Shown here: positions 1 to 12,100 of the stretch, piece by piece
How positions within the stretch are numbered: the first letter of the stretch is position 1
Layout: every line of letters begins with the position of its first letter
Source of the DNA: Eledone cirrhosa
Taxonomy: Eukaryota
Length of the DNA: 64,000 nucleotides
Assembly: GCA_964016885.1 (NCBI GenBank)
Contig: OZ024746.1
Span: 8,804,001-8,868,000 of the forward strand
Direction of reading: 5' to 3'
Translations under genes and position numbers: made by a program
The notes under the pieces: generated by a model
Database searches by the model: none
What the model saw: the letters and a program-made list of their open reading frames with translations, nothing else
Told to the model about the DNA's origin: nothing

Positions 1-475
1 TAGTCGTAGTCAAAGTGTTGCGATTTCGGGTCATCCTCGATTTGTTTCGCCCATGTCACCTTCGGTATGCTGCGCTGGGTTCTCCAGTGTATGGGTCACA
101 ATCGTGATGAACGTTGGTGTGGTAGTCTTCCGGTGCTCCTCCTGCAGACGTAGTCAAACCACAGGCTACTGTGATGCCGGATTTGGTCCTCAATGGTCGG
201 CTTTTGCTGACATCGTTCTCGGGTGTTGTTTGAGATTTTGTCACGTAGAGAGATACAAGACATCGCATTTGGAACACCTCTCGCTTGTTTAGGTCTTGTT
301 TTTGGATGGTCCAGGTCTCAGTACTGTAGAGAAGGGCTTGTAGGACCAGGGTGCGGAAGAGTTGGATCTTGTTCCTTAGAAAGATATGAGGCTACTTCCA
401 GACACACCATCGAAGATATCCGGAGAAGACGCAGACTCGATCCGGCCGTTGATCTCTGCTGTTGAAGCCACTTTT
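1..475 (-). pseudogene. RTE-clade LINE reverse transcriptase C-terminal fragment (frameshifted, with stops)
   Basis: Joining minus-strand frames gives AEINGRIESASS/GYLRWCVWK*PHIFLRNKIQLFRTLVLQALLYSTETWTIQKQDLNKREVFQMRCL/SLRDKISN..RERCQQKPTIEDQIR..LWFDYVCR...RLP..PKVTWAKQIEDD. This matches the RTE pattern (EI.RI..AS, K..L...V...LLY..ETW, FQMRCL, W..HV.R). It runs off the window edge. Confidence 0.85.
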
Positions 476-480
476 TTATA

Positions 481-592
481 AGCAGCAGCAGCAACACTAG
501 TAGCAGTAGTACTAGTAGTAGCAGTAGTACTAGTAGTAGTACTAGTAGTAGTAGTAGTAGTAGTGGTAGTAGTAGTAGTAGTAGTGGTAGTG

Positions 593-644
<52 letters not shown>

Positions 645-1297
645 AAGCAGACGTAGTGGTAGATATTGTATTAGTGCTGATGGAATTGGTAGAAGTGGTA
701 ATGTTTGGTTGTGTTGATGGCTGGATCAGAAAGTGACTATGGATAATGTAAAATAGTGAAGGTCTGTGGTAGTGATGGTAGTGGTGGTGGTGGTGGTAGT
801 GGTGGTAGTGGTGGTGGTGTTGGTGGTAGTGATGGTAGTGGTGGTAGTGGTGGTGGTGGTGGTGGTGATGGTGGTGATGGTGGTGGTGGTGGTGGTGGTA
901 GTGGTGGTAGTGGTGGTGGTGTTGGTGGTAGTGATGGTGGTGGTGGTGGTGATGGTGGTGGTGGTGGTGATGGTGGTGATGGTGGTGGTGGTGGTGGTGG
1001 TGATGGTGGTGGTGGTGGTGGTGGTGGTGGTGGTGGTGTTGGTGATAATGATGATGGTAGTGATGGTAGTGGTGTTTTTGGTGGTGGTGATGGTGTTGGT
1101 GGTGGTGATGGTGATTGTGGTGGTGTTAGTGATAATGATGATGGTGGTGGTGGTGATGGTGGTGGTGGTGGGCTATCAGTTGGAAATTATAATGTTATAA
1201 AAATGATTACACTAATACGACCATCATAATGATAACGATTACGATAATGATGATGACGATAATGATGATGACGATGATAATTATGATGATGATGATG
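481..1297. repeat. Compound trinucleotide microsatellite (TAG)n/(GGT,GAT)n
   Basis: Directly visible; it explains the poly-G and poly-V ORFs. Confidence 0.95.
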
Positions 1298-1415
1298 AAG
1301 GAAGAAATGGAGGGATACTAAATGACGAAGAAAATTGCTTTCTTTGGTATCGACGATAAGGATAATAAGAAACAAAATACATGTATGTGTGAATATATGC
1401 ATGCGTATATGGAGG

Positions 1416-1477
<62 letters not shown>

Positions 1478-1971
1478 CTTATGTATGTGTACGCACACAT
1501 ACACTCATATATATATATAGGTATGTATATACATAAACATATATATATAAACAGCGTCACACACATAGAGATATATGTATATTTAAGAATACTTTAAGGA
1601 TCAATAAAACTTGCCTTTCAATAGAAAAGGACACGTAAATCGATAGCTGGCCTATCAAGGAAGTGGCCATGAATAAGATATTGAGAACGTCTGCTTTAGT
1701 CAAAAGCTATATAGAATATTGCCTTTACTTTTGCTGCTCAGACAAACAACCACCGCCATGTTAGTCATTATTTCTATTGTTTTGAATGTTTGGGCAGACG
1801 ACATTATCAATAGGATCGTCTAAAATAAGTGACGTACGTTAGGTACAATCATGCATATATACTTGAGGACACATAAACACACACATACACACACTCACAC
1901 ACTCACACATATATATACATATATATTCATAGGCGTATCTATTTAACTATCTATATATCTATCTATAAATT

Positions 1972-2046
<75 letters not shown>

Positions 2047-2179
2047 CTATATATATATCTATATATATATATATTAATATATGCAGTTGCGCGCTCATGC
2101 AAACAATTACAGCCATACGAAATAATAAAAATTTTACCTTACACAATCACACACACACATGTATGTATATATATATTTG

Positions 2180-2336
<157 letters not shown>

Positions 2337-2711
2337 GCCAAAATTATATATGTATGCATGTACAGAAAGCACATAAAATGAGTGGCAGAGTAAAGAAACA
2401 TATAGACGTAGGTAGATATACACAAATGTACTCCGAAGAGAAAGGCAGACGTTCCTGTTTGAAATAGATATTTATTGTGAGAGGATGAAAGTGAGACGGC
2501 CAGCCACGGAACAGTGGAATATAATGTAGAGAGACATAAAGAAAGGACATGATGAAAGACTAACTCCACTTACATACATGCATACACATATCATTACATA
2601 CATAGATACATAGATTCATACATACATGCATATATACACGCACACACACACACACACATATATATATATAAGGAACTGTTTCTTTGTTTTTATTCATTGT
2701 TTTTATTAATT

Positions 2712-2802
<91 letters not shown>

Positions 2803-2804
<2 letters not shown>

Positions 2805-2989
2805 TTGTTTCTACATTTGGCACAAGGCCAGCAATTACCCAGTACATTACTGGTACTTTATTTTATCGACCCCGTAAGGATGAAAGGCAAAGTTAACCTC
2901 GGCGGGATTTGAACTCAGACTGTAAAGGGACGTAACTATGCTAGAAAGCATGGCGTCCAACCCTCTACCGATACTACCAATTCACCGCC
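2803..2989 (-). mobile_element. tRNA-derived SINE family A (Octopus OR2-like, Meta/MESC-type core), full length
   Basis: Minus strand starts GGCGGTGAATTGGTAGTATCGG (A box), has GAGTTCAAATCC (B box), core GCCTTTCATCCTTACGGGGTCGATAAAATAAAGTACCAG and 3' end GGCCTTGTGCC..GTAGAAAC. About 30 related copies occur in the window. The family name is from memory. Confidence 0.9.
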
Positions 2990-3112
2990 CTCTATATATC
3001 TATGTATCTGTCTATCTATCTATCTATCTATATATATATATATATAGATAGATAGATAGATAGACAGATACATAGATATATAGATAGACATACATACATA
3101 ATACTTATACAC

Positions 3113-3143
<31 letters not shown>

Positions 3144-3144
<1 letters not shown>

Positions 3145-3842
3145 GACGTTATAGTCGCATATATGTTATAGAATGCCGTTAGCTTCTTGCTAAAACAATC
3201 TCTATACCTGTCATTTATATTTATACTCGGATTCTTTTCCTAGAGTGCTTAAACTATCTGTGACTAATCCCGGTTTTTTTCATAAAAACTGTGATAATTA
3301 TTGCTATTTTGCTGAACTCCTTTGTAGAGTTTTTTTTTCAGAATGTATTTGACTGCTATTTCTTGTAAATAAACATTCACTTCCATCCTGACGTCACTAG
3401 CACCGTTTTTTCCTCATGTGCTTTTTCATAAATACACATGAAGGCGAACTAGCCAGTTTTAGAATTCCCTTTTCGGATTATATTACTGTGAGAGCCCTGG
3501 TTTTCTGTTGAGCTCTGCTGATGAATGAAATCCAACCGTGACCATCTCCACTGAAAGTTTTCATGAAATAGTCTTTTAAGACTATACAGAGCATTTGATG
3601 TTATTCCAAATTGAAGGATAAGTGTTTCAAACTTTATTTTATCATGAGTTAAAGGTCTATAGATTTTTCCCTGGATTTCACTAAATTCTGTGGATGAATT
3701 TATATCCTGATTCTCTTTTGAGATGAGTTTGAGTTATTTTTCCTAAATCTTTCGTTAACTACTTTTCCCATCTTGACGTTATAGTCGCATATATGTTATA
3801 GAATGCCGTTAGCTTCTTGCTAAAACAATCTCTATACCTCTC

Positions 3843-3850
<8 letters not shown>
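3144..3850 (+). mobile_element. (TA)n-flanked HHR-bearing element with 77-bp terminal direct repeats (period 630)
   Basis: 3144-3220 equals 3774-3850 with 1 mismatch; internal HHR present; a homologous copy lies at 39090-39520 on the minus strand. Confidence 0.8.
3512..3592 (+). ncRNA. Type I hammerhead ribozyme, intact core
   Basis: gctctg CTGATGA atgaaa[28 nt]tttcat GAA Atagtct ttta agactaT A|cagagc. Stem I 6 bp, stem II 6 bp, stem III 7 bp, AUA cleavage triplet. Confidence 0.88.
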
Positions 3851-3880
<30 letters not shown>

Positions 3881-3982
3881 CGTTTCTGAATTTGTTTAGT
3901 AAGATTCTTTATCTGAAAACGTGTGTTGAAACCGATATTGTGTATATATATGTGTGTATATATATATGTGTGTATATATATG

Positions 3983-4096
<114 letters not shown>

Positions 4097-5967
4097 AAAC
4101 TTAAATATAACATTCCTGAGATCTCCTCAATATAAACGTAATTACAATTATCGGGATACAAAACCGTTGAGATAAACATCAGAAGACTCACAACCATGTA
4201 AGAAAATGGCTCTGTATACGATGAATTAAAGTTTGAATTGATTCAAAGACATGGAAATAGCAGTAGTTGCCTGCTTAGGTAAAAGTATTAATTCCTTGTT
4301 CACAGTTACATGCATAAATGCATAAATGTCCATAATATGGTGACCTGGTTAAATTTTAAAACATTTTGTATCTCCTGTCGTTATTTTCCGGATTCGTAAT
4401 TTCACAGGCTACGTTATTGGTTGTGGAAGAAATAAAGAACAGATAATGTCGTAACGATACAGCAATCCTAACACTTCTATCGGAAATGAACCAAAGCAAA
4501 ACTGTATATAATTTTCAGCCTTGGTGACATTTTTATACCTGTTGATTTGTTATCATGTTTGTATACAGGGTAAAGCTACGCTCGTTTGTAATTCTTCAAA
4601 GACGTTTCTCCAAGTAAACAACCATGTAATTTAAGTTTAGGGGTTTTCCTTCAACTAACCTTAAATAAATAAAACACATTCTAGATATAAGTGTTGGGAG
4701 TTCTATGTAATAAAACCGTTTGAGAATTCACTTTAGACTAAAATTCTCGTTTCTGCCACTGGGCACTAGTTTACAAAGAGACATTGCTACGAAACCAATA
4801 TTGGATTCGACTAATGCGAGCTGATACTCATTCCAAAGATATTTCCTAAGTTTGATTAACCATTGAAGATTAAACGAATTAGAAATACGTATCTGTTAAA
4901 GAACAGCTATGGAATAAGTTCACAACACATCTAAATATATTTCTAGGATAAAAGTACATAAAAACAATAAAGAATTTAATATTTTGTGAAATGTATAAAA
5001 AATAAAGTATTGGAAAGGACTAAAATTGCTATAAATGAGAGGAAAAGAGGGAAATGGCAAGGATTATTAGGGAACGAAAAAAGGAGGAAGGGGAGACGGT
5101 GACAGAATCTACACCTAAGTCAGTTTTAGTTTCTGTTCAAGATGCTAGAGCAGACAGGTCGTAATTTTGGTGTTATGTATAATTGTCTTTGTTTGGTTGC
5201 CTCTCATTCAATCAAATATGGACTAACATATTTAAATAGACATTAAAATATTCATAAATATAAAATGTTTCGAGTTAATCTTATATAACCAAAGTAATAA
5301 AATTTACATTATACATATCAACGAGAAATGTAATGTTAAAAGCCATTGTCACTAACCAGGAATAAATTAAGAAATCTATGATAAATAGAAAAGAAGCAGA
5401 GTTTGAAATACAAGAGAATTAAGGAAAGAAGGATAAACGATTCTTATTTCTATCGGTGTTTGTATCGTTAATATGTTTCGTTTCTTTTATAAGGATTATA
5501 AGTTGTAGAGGAAGAAGAATCTGGCAGGTTAATTTCCTAGAAGGATATAAAATATTAGGTTTGTATTAAATTCATTTCGTTCTTTTATTTGTGCCATTGT
5601 GTGTGTGTGTATGTAAGTGTGTGTGTATGTATGTATGTGTATGTACGTGTGTATGTGTGTATGTGTGTGTGTATGTGTGTCTGTATATGTGTGTGTGCGT
5701 GTGTTAGTATGCTGTATATGTGGCTGTACATACGTGCTCACATAAGTGCACGTGTGTCAATGTATGTTTGCTATACATTCAAACGACGGAAAATTAAAGA
5801 TAATTTGCAGCGAAGTTGTGTTTATAATGAAGCTGGAAGCAATATATAACCTAAATTGACTTTTCACGAACGAACGTTGAACAACAAAAGAGACACGCAT
5901 AAGATATTCACATATATATATTTCTGTGCCCAAATACTTATAAAAATACTCACCGACACGTGCAGTT

Positions 5968-6018
<51 letters not shown>

Positions 6019-6217
6019 AAAGTTCTATTTAAATTGTTGGGATACAACAAGCAAATATACGGGGTCGATAAAATAAAGTACCAGTAATACACTGGGTAAT
6101 TGCTGGCCTTGTGCCTAATGTAGAAATAATTATTATAACTGATATAAAGCACTCGACAAATATTTGGAGTAGATATACAATATTAATAAATGGAAACTAT
6201 ATTTATAAAACCATATT

Positions 6218-6282
6218 TATTTCATTATATATATTTCAAGGATACCAAGTTAAATCATGGCATGCCTTCATCAGACAAAATA
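6218..6282 (-). ncRNA. Type I hammerhead ribozyme (left arm of F1 hairpin)
   Basis: tattttgt CTGATGA aggcatgcca..tggtatcctt GAAA tatata TA|atgaaata, with a palindromic minimal stem III. Confidence 0.75.
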
Positions 6283-6389
6283 CAATATATAACAGTTTTA
6301 CAAATAGATATTGACGTACCCCTCCAAAAACAACGGTCACTTTTTTGAAAGGGTACGTCAATATCTATTTGTAAAACTGTTATATATTG

Positions 6390-6454
6390 TATTTTGTCTG
6401 ATGAAGACATACCATGATTTAACTTGGTATCCTTGAAATATATATAATGAAATA
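6390..6454 (+). ncRNA. Type I hammerhead ribozyme (right arm of F1 hairpin)
   Basis: tattttgt CTGATGA agacatacca..tggtatcctt GAAA tatata TA|atgaaata. Confidence 0.75.
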
Positions 6455-6508
6455 AATATGGTTTTATAAATATAGTTTCCATTTATTAATATTGTATATA
6501 TATATATA

Positions 6509-6687
6509 AAGTTTATCCCGGGTTCAATCGGGGATAACCACAGTAAATAAGGTACTCAATACATAGCAGAGTATAAATATTTAATATAAAAAGGCTTCTA
6601 CAGGACTAGAACTGTTCCATTCGGGCTTCCTGGTGATTTCCGAATGAAACAGTTCTAGTCCTGTAGAAGCCTTCTATATTAAATATA
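6509..6687. mobile_element. Penelope-like hairpin cassette (F2) with degenerate HHR at 6624-6671 (+)
   Basis: Arms 6577-6624 and 6640-6687 are inverted, with the tail on the left. HHR: ggcttc CTGGTGA tttccgaat GAAA cag ttctagtc ctg TA|gaagcc (6-bp stem I, core A>G change). Confidence 0.75.
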
Positions 6688-6701
6688 TATATATATATAT
6701 A

Positions 6702-6884
6702 TAGGAAAAGAGTCAGGACCTCGACGGCAGAGCTCACGCCGTCGGGGTCCAGAAATAGCTGTCGAAACGGCGTGAGCCCTGCCGTCAAAGTCTTGACTCT
6801 TTTCCTATTACCCACTCTACTACCCACAGTATCGAGTACTCTGGTGCCTTATGGTCCACCTGGATCCTTACCACACTTCCTTCG

Positions 6885-6886
<2 letters not shown>
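6702..6886 (+). mobile_element. Penelope-like hairpin cassette (F3) with 3' half of an HHR
   Basis: Arms 6702-6743 and 6767-6807 are inverted. GAAAcggc..gccgTC stem III present. The tail 6808-6886 is shared with 15494-15586 and 39839-40025. (TA)n on both sides. Confidence 0.8.
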
Positions 6887-6975
<89 letters not shown>

Positions 6976-7235
6976 GAAACACACAGATATATGCGGACAC
7001 ACACATATATACATGAATGCATCCGCACCCAACTGTGAGTTAAGGGTGCCAACTTCACCGATGTTGCTCAATGAATGACTGGGACAGACCAATTCAGTTT
7101 GAACCAGATTGAACCAGTATCAGAGTTAAAAATACATTATGAATACGTTATATCGCGTGACTATCTCCCCCTCCGCCTTTTGGGATTCTTTCTCACGTCG
7201 TGTAGACGCGTTCTTGAGACTAGTAAAATGAGGTA

Positions 7236-7323
7236 TCCTCTTGATAAGTTGGCAGACCTCGCAAGGACTCTATATCTTTGATATATTGTTTTTGTTTATG
7301 CCACGAAACTACGTAGTCGAGGA
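7236..7323 (+). ncRNA. Degenerate type I hammerhead ribozyme
   Basis: tcctc TTGATAA gttggca...tgccac GAAA ctacgtag TC|gagga. All three stems pair but the core has two substitutions. Confidence 0.7.
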
Positions 7324-7395
7324 ATTTAGGAGCAGTTTAGGTATGATACATTTTATTACTAATTATATCTAAATGTTTCTTCTCTCTTCATAATG

Positions 7396-7424
<29 letters not shown>

Positions 7425-7426
<2 letters not shown>

Positions 7427-7802
7427 AGAACAAAAGATGGTTAAAAGAGTTCCATGTATTTTATTATGCGCATTTCAAAAATAAACATCATCATGCAATA
7501 ATATTTGTGTTTTCATCAGATAAAACAGGAAGACATGATATGAAGGTTAAAAAACACTTGTGGATAGTGCAGTTTTAAATCAACATATGAAAAGTAGTTT
7601 TAGATTGATGTGTGATATTGGGAAAAATATTTTATTTTGGGGGTGGGTGGGTGGAAAGGATGAAATGCGCATAATAAAATACATTGAACTCTTTTAACCA
7701 TCTTTTGTTCTTATATATTATGTATACTCCAGTCCTACAAACTGTAGAGTGCTTCTTATCCGATATCTGCATTGCTTTATTGTACTACAATAAGACTCAC
7801 CT

Positions 7803-7805
<3 letters not shown>
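7425..7805. mobile_element. Penelope-like hairpin cassette (F5)
   Basis: 7425-7477 is inverted relative to 7661-7712, then a one-sided tail with TACTC...GAGTG; flanked by (TA)n. Confidence 0.8.
7458..7526 (-). ncRNA. Type I hammerhead ribozyme, intact core
   Basis: gttttat CTGATGA aaacac...gtttattttt GAAA tgcgca TA|ataaaat. Stem I 7 bp, palindromic stem III ATGCGCAT, AU-rich stem II. Confidence 0.75.
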
Positions 7806-7859
<54 letters not shown>

Positions 7860-8007
7860 ATGCTTTGGGAGGGTCATGTTGCCAATAAGAAACACACGCA
7901 CCAGTTGCTTTCACTCCAATTTATTATAAATTAAATTTATAAATTTAAGAATTTATAAATTTCCGGTTGGTTGGTTGGTTGCACAACCGGACGGTTGTTC
8001 ATATATT

Positions 8008-8050
8008 GTCAAAGTTCTTTCGTCGCACATTTTGTGACCTCTTCAGTGAC
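8008..8050 (-). ncRNA. Minimal type I hammerhead ribozyme
   Basis: gtca CTGAAGA ggtcacaaaatgtgcgac GAAA gaac TT|tgac, inside a (TA)n-bounded segment 7855-8140. Confidence 0.7.
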
Positions 8051-8407
8051 TGGGGATTCTTTTCTTTGTTTTTGTGCGTCTCCTTTGTTCTGTCCTACGC
8101 CATCTTGTTTTGTTGTGTTTGTGTGCTTAGTTTGCACACACATATATATATATATATAATATATATATATATAATATATATATATATATGTGATAAATAT
8201 AAGTATATCCCCTCTTCACTATTATTCTAGCTCAAGTTGACCAGACAGATACATTCGAATGCTCATATAGACACACATGCATATAAACACTCACTAAGCT
8301 AGATATCTACACGCACAACCACTCTCTAACCATATAACCAAATAACACTTATATGAAGAGAATTTACAATTGGATAAATAATGCATAACTTTATTTGGAC
8401 AAACCAA

Positions 8408-8497
8408 GCCCCTGATGATACAGACAGTAAACCACCAAGCTCTTCGGAAATCAGTCAAGAACTAGCTGTTGAAACGGCAACGGCTCAACCGTTGGGT
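8408..8497 (+). ncRNA. Type I hammerhead ribozyme in a pLTR-like segment (about 8190-8600)
   Basis: gccc CTGATGA tacag...ctgtt GAAA cgg caacggctcaa ccg TT|gggt. The downstream tail ACTCtactaccccaagtattGAGT is related to F3. Confidence 0.78.
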
Positions 8498-9344
8498 CCC
8501 AACCTTTTATAATATAACCATACTCTACTACCCCAAGTATTGAGTACTCTGTTTAGTAATGATTTAACCAGTTTCCAACTGATTTCCTCCTGATTTATAT
8601 ATATATTTATATATATTTATACATTTAGTTAAAGTCGTTTCATTGTTCTTACTGCGGCCTTTTCTTATATCTATGACATAGTCCAACGTATCCTTTGGTA
8701 TTTAAGACTAGGCGTTAATACAAGAATCTTTTGACTGCTATTTCTAGCAACTTTAACAACCACTTAGAGGTTCACTTGTTGTCTGGACTGTTTATATAAT
8801 TTTGTTTTCAGTCATTCTCATAACGAAATTAATAATGTATAATACACTTTAAGTAGTAAAAGAAATAGAAGAAAGAAATTGGAAAACAAAATGCTCCAGT
8901 AGCTTAAAATAAGGACTGGAAACACAAAAACAAAAAAAAAACAAAAGAAATTGAAAAACAAAAGAGAAAATAGAAACGAAGAAAATGTTTTTGAAGTTAG
9001 GATATTTACTGATGGATTAACAGCTTCTGTCGTCATCAATCAGGATAAATTTTGTTCTGAAGAAATAAATGCCATAATTAAGTCATGTAATAGTGTAAAG
9101 AGGGAATTTTCCAGTGTATTTATCAAAGTGACACATACGAATCGATCCGTAAATCTCCTTCAGTCTGACGTAAAGAAATCATTTCCGATTTTCTTATGAC
9201 CTATTTTTAAATGTGTCAGTAGCAAACCAAACATTAGTCAGAATGTTCTCGGGTTATTTGAGATGGTGAGAGCAAGAGTTATCGAAAGCTCTCAGGGTAG
9301 GAAGCTGATTGTAAATGTTCGATAGTCTGGAATGTAGTACATAA

Positions 9345-9932
9345 TAATTGTTTCTACGTTAGGCACAAGGCCAGCAAATACCCAGTGTATTACTGGTACT
9401 TTATTTTATCGACCCCGTAAGGATGAAAGGCAAAGTTAACCTCGTCGGGATTTGAACTCAGAATGGCAAGGGACGTAACTCTATGCGTGAAAGCATGGCG
9501 TCCGACCCTCTACCAATACTGCCAATCCACCGTACATAATAATAATAATGTTTCTACTTTTGGCATAAGGCCAGCAATTACCCCCAGTGCATTACTGGTG
9601 CTTTATCTTATCGATCCCGTAAGGATGAACTCCGAACGTCAAGGGCCATAACTCTGTGCTTCAAAGAATGGTGCCTGACGCTCTACCGATACTGCCAAAC
9701 AATAACAACCATAATATTGGTTTCTTATATAGGCACAAGGCCAGCAATTTTGGGGGAGGGGAAAGTCGATTAAACCGACCCCAGTGCGTGACTGGTACTT
9801 TATTTTATCGACCCCGTAAGGATGAAAGGCAAAGTTAACCTCAGCGGATTTGAACTCAGAACTTAAAGGGCCGTAACTCGATGCTGCAAAGAATGGTGCC
9901 TGACGCTCTGCCGATACTACCAAACCACCGCC
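9345..9932 (-). mobile_element. Three tandem SINE A copies
   Basis: 9345-9532, 9545-9700 (internally deleted) and 9713-9932 (long variant), joined at (AAT/AAC)n. Confidence 0.9.
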
Positions 9933-11214
9933 CAACAATAACAACCATAATAATAACAACAGTAAGAACAATAATATTTTTTGTTCAGCCACTAGGGGCA
10001 ATTGTATGCATGTTCATTCACACATATAATTGCACAAAACGTTAAAAACGAGGGTGGTTATAGAAACTGTGGTTATCTGTGGCGAAGTGCCATACGATGA
10101 TGTGAAGGAATGTGATCAGGGATGGGACGCAAAAAGACATGAAAAACTGTAAACTATAACGATCATATAATAGATATATAACTATAAAGAAAACTCTCAC
10201 TAAGTAAAACAAAATATTATTTCAAAAGTACATAATCATTTAGAGTGAGAAGCTATATAGATGGGGATGGAACACTGCATATCTCTACTCTTTCATGACT
10301 ACTCATGTTACAGCTTTCTGAGACTAAAAGTACTTTGTAAGATTCTTTGTTAGACGAAACAAAACACATCCAAGCTTCTGCGGAAATTCGTCTTCAATAT
10401 ATAATAAACCTCTGGCGATATTTTCGACAGGTGTCTCTCTCGTGTGTACTTCCGATATTCTGTCTGATCCTAATATCTCTTCACCAGTTGATATATCTTC
10501 CTCTCTTGTCAATAACAGCTCCTTAACATGTTTTAAAAATTAATCGTTTATGCATCAAATGATTGTGAATTATTTTCTTCGCTGTGTTTCCCTTGCATTT
10601 GAATACTTTGATGTCGACCCCCTTTCCTTCTCTCTTGGGTTTCTTTCTTCTTCTTTTCCCCCGTCACGCCCAACTCATCTGCAGTCTTTGTTACAGCCCA
10701 TTATCACAAGATGATGGAATGTTGTTTGGTTAGGTAAGTACTCTTAATCATTAGCCCCTGAGACTGAGTACGTGAAGGACACTATAGTCCGTTGCGGAAT
10801 CGGGATTTATGTTGCTTGTTGTTGCTGTTGTTGTAATGGCTTGTATTACTGGTTGTTACACATGGGAGATGAAGATGTTTCTATGATTATTCACTTTTTC
10901 AGCCTTAGTTGAACTAATTACTATTACAGGTTCAGCCAAACACTATGTATAACAATTTTTATTGTCAGCAGTGTGTTGTACATAGATCAACCATAAGTGG
11001 ATAAACGAATGAAGAGGTGTGTTACTTGGTCTACTGCGCTGAGCTGAAGACCATATAACATACAAGAGAAACTCCAGAATAATAGGTCACTGACTTATGG
11101 TATAGAGTACCCATTCTCACATTCTGTTTTCTATAAACTTTTGAAAACCTTTCTTTATGACATCTAAAGCCCTCACCACTACCGGAATAGTTTGGGTTTT
11201 AAGGTGCTAATTAT

Positions 11215-11350
11215 TATTATTTTATCGACCCCGTAAGGATGAAAGGCGAGGTTAACTTTGCCTTTCATCCTTATGGAGATAAAATAAAGTACCAGTAATA
11301 CACTGGGATAATTGCTGGCCTTGTGCCAAAAGTATAAACAATTATTATTA
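11215..11350. mobile_element. Head-to-head SINE A 3' fragments forming a hairpin
   Basis: ttattttatc..aggatgaaaggcgagGTTAACtttgcctttcatcct..gataaaataa. Confidence 0.85.
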
Positions 11351-11685
11351 GAGGCTATATGGAAGCGTATGCTATAAGTTTCTTTTATAATAAACGTAAA
11401 TAAGTCTCACTTATCTTGTCAAAATTATCTGAACAATCATGTGAGAAGGCCTAACAGTTCTATTTCAAGAACTATCACCAGTTATGTTTACACCTCGGTA
11501 CTGAGGAGAGAAAATCTCCAACAATGTATTCTTTACAAAATATAATCTATTCGCTTTCATAACCTCAGTACTTGTTGAGCATTTCGTCGACACGTGTATC
11601 GTTAACGAAATTTTCAGGAAGTTCCAGTGTGCCACTATGTGTGACAAGATAGGAGCCTTAGATTACATGTACAACTTATTTTTCC

Positions 11686-11812
11686 CAGCTCACTGGACTG
11701 AAGCAACGTGAAACAAAGACCTTGCTCAAGGACACAACACGCTGCCATGTCCAAGAATCGAACTCACAGCGTTACGATTGTGAGGTGAATACCCTAGAAA
11801 TTAAGCCACGCG
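11686..11812 (-). mobile_element. Older SINE B-related fragment
   Basis: Minus strand shows A box, GAGTTCGATTC B box and gtgtccttgagcaag core. Confidence 0.7.
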
Positions 11813-11854
11813 TCTTCTTACTTCACTACCATGGACATCTTTGACTATCGTGAA

Positions 11855-12100
11855 GGCGCATGGCTTAGTGGTTAGAGCATTGGGCTTGCAATCGAAAGGT
11901 TGCGAGTTCAACTCTCGGACCGGGTGATGTGCTGTTTCCTTGAGCAAGACGATTTATTTCACGTTGCTCCAGTTTGCACAGCTGTAAAAATGAGATGATA
12001 GGACTAGGGTCCCTATCATTAAATCACCCAAGATACCTCCAACGAGATATACCTTGGAGGAGGCCAGCTAAACCTGCATAGGTGTGAGCTGTCACACACA
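11855..12100 (+). mobile_element. tRNA-derived SINE family B, full length, (CA)n tail
   Basis: A box TGGCTTAGTGG, B box GAGTTCAACTC, core ccttgagcaagac, 3' hairpin cctccaa..ttggagg. Copies at 22566-22800, 54297-54530 and 61199-61446. Confidence 0.9.

Larger units (their letters stand above)
6133..6499. mobile_element. Penelope-like pseudo-LTR hairpin (family F1): ~158-bp inverted arms plus one-sided tail
   Basis: 6173-6330 is the near-perfect reverse complement of 6341-6499. The tail 6133-6172 is on one side only. Homologous to the arms at 41081-41267 and 42899-43156. Confidence 0.85.

Noticed and set aside
11855-11925. tRNA gene
   Set aside because: The A/B boxes run into the SINE core and tail; it is multi-copy and has no proper cloverleaf.
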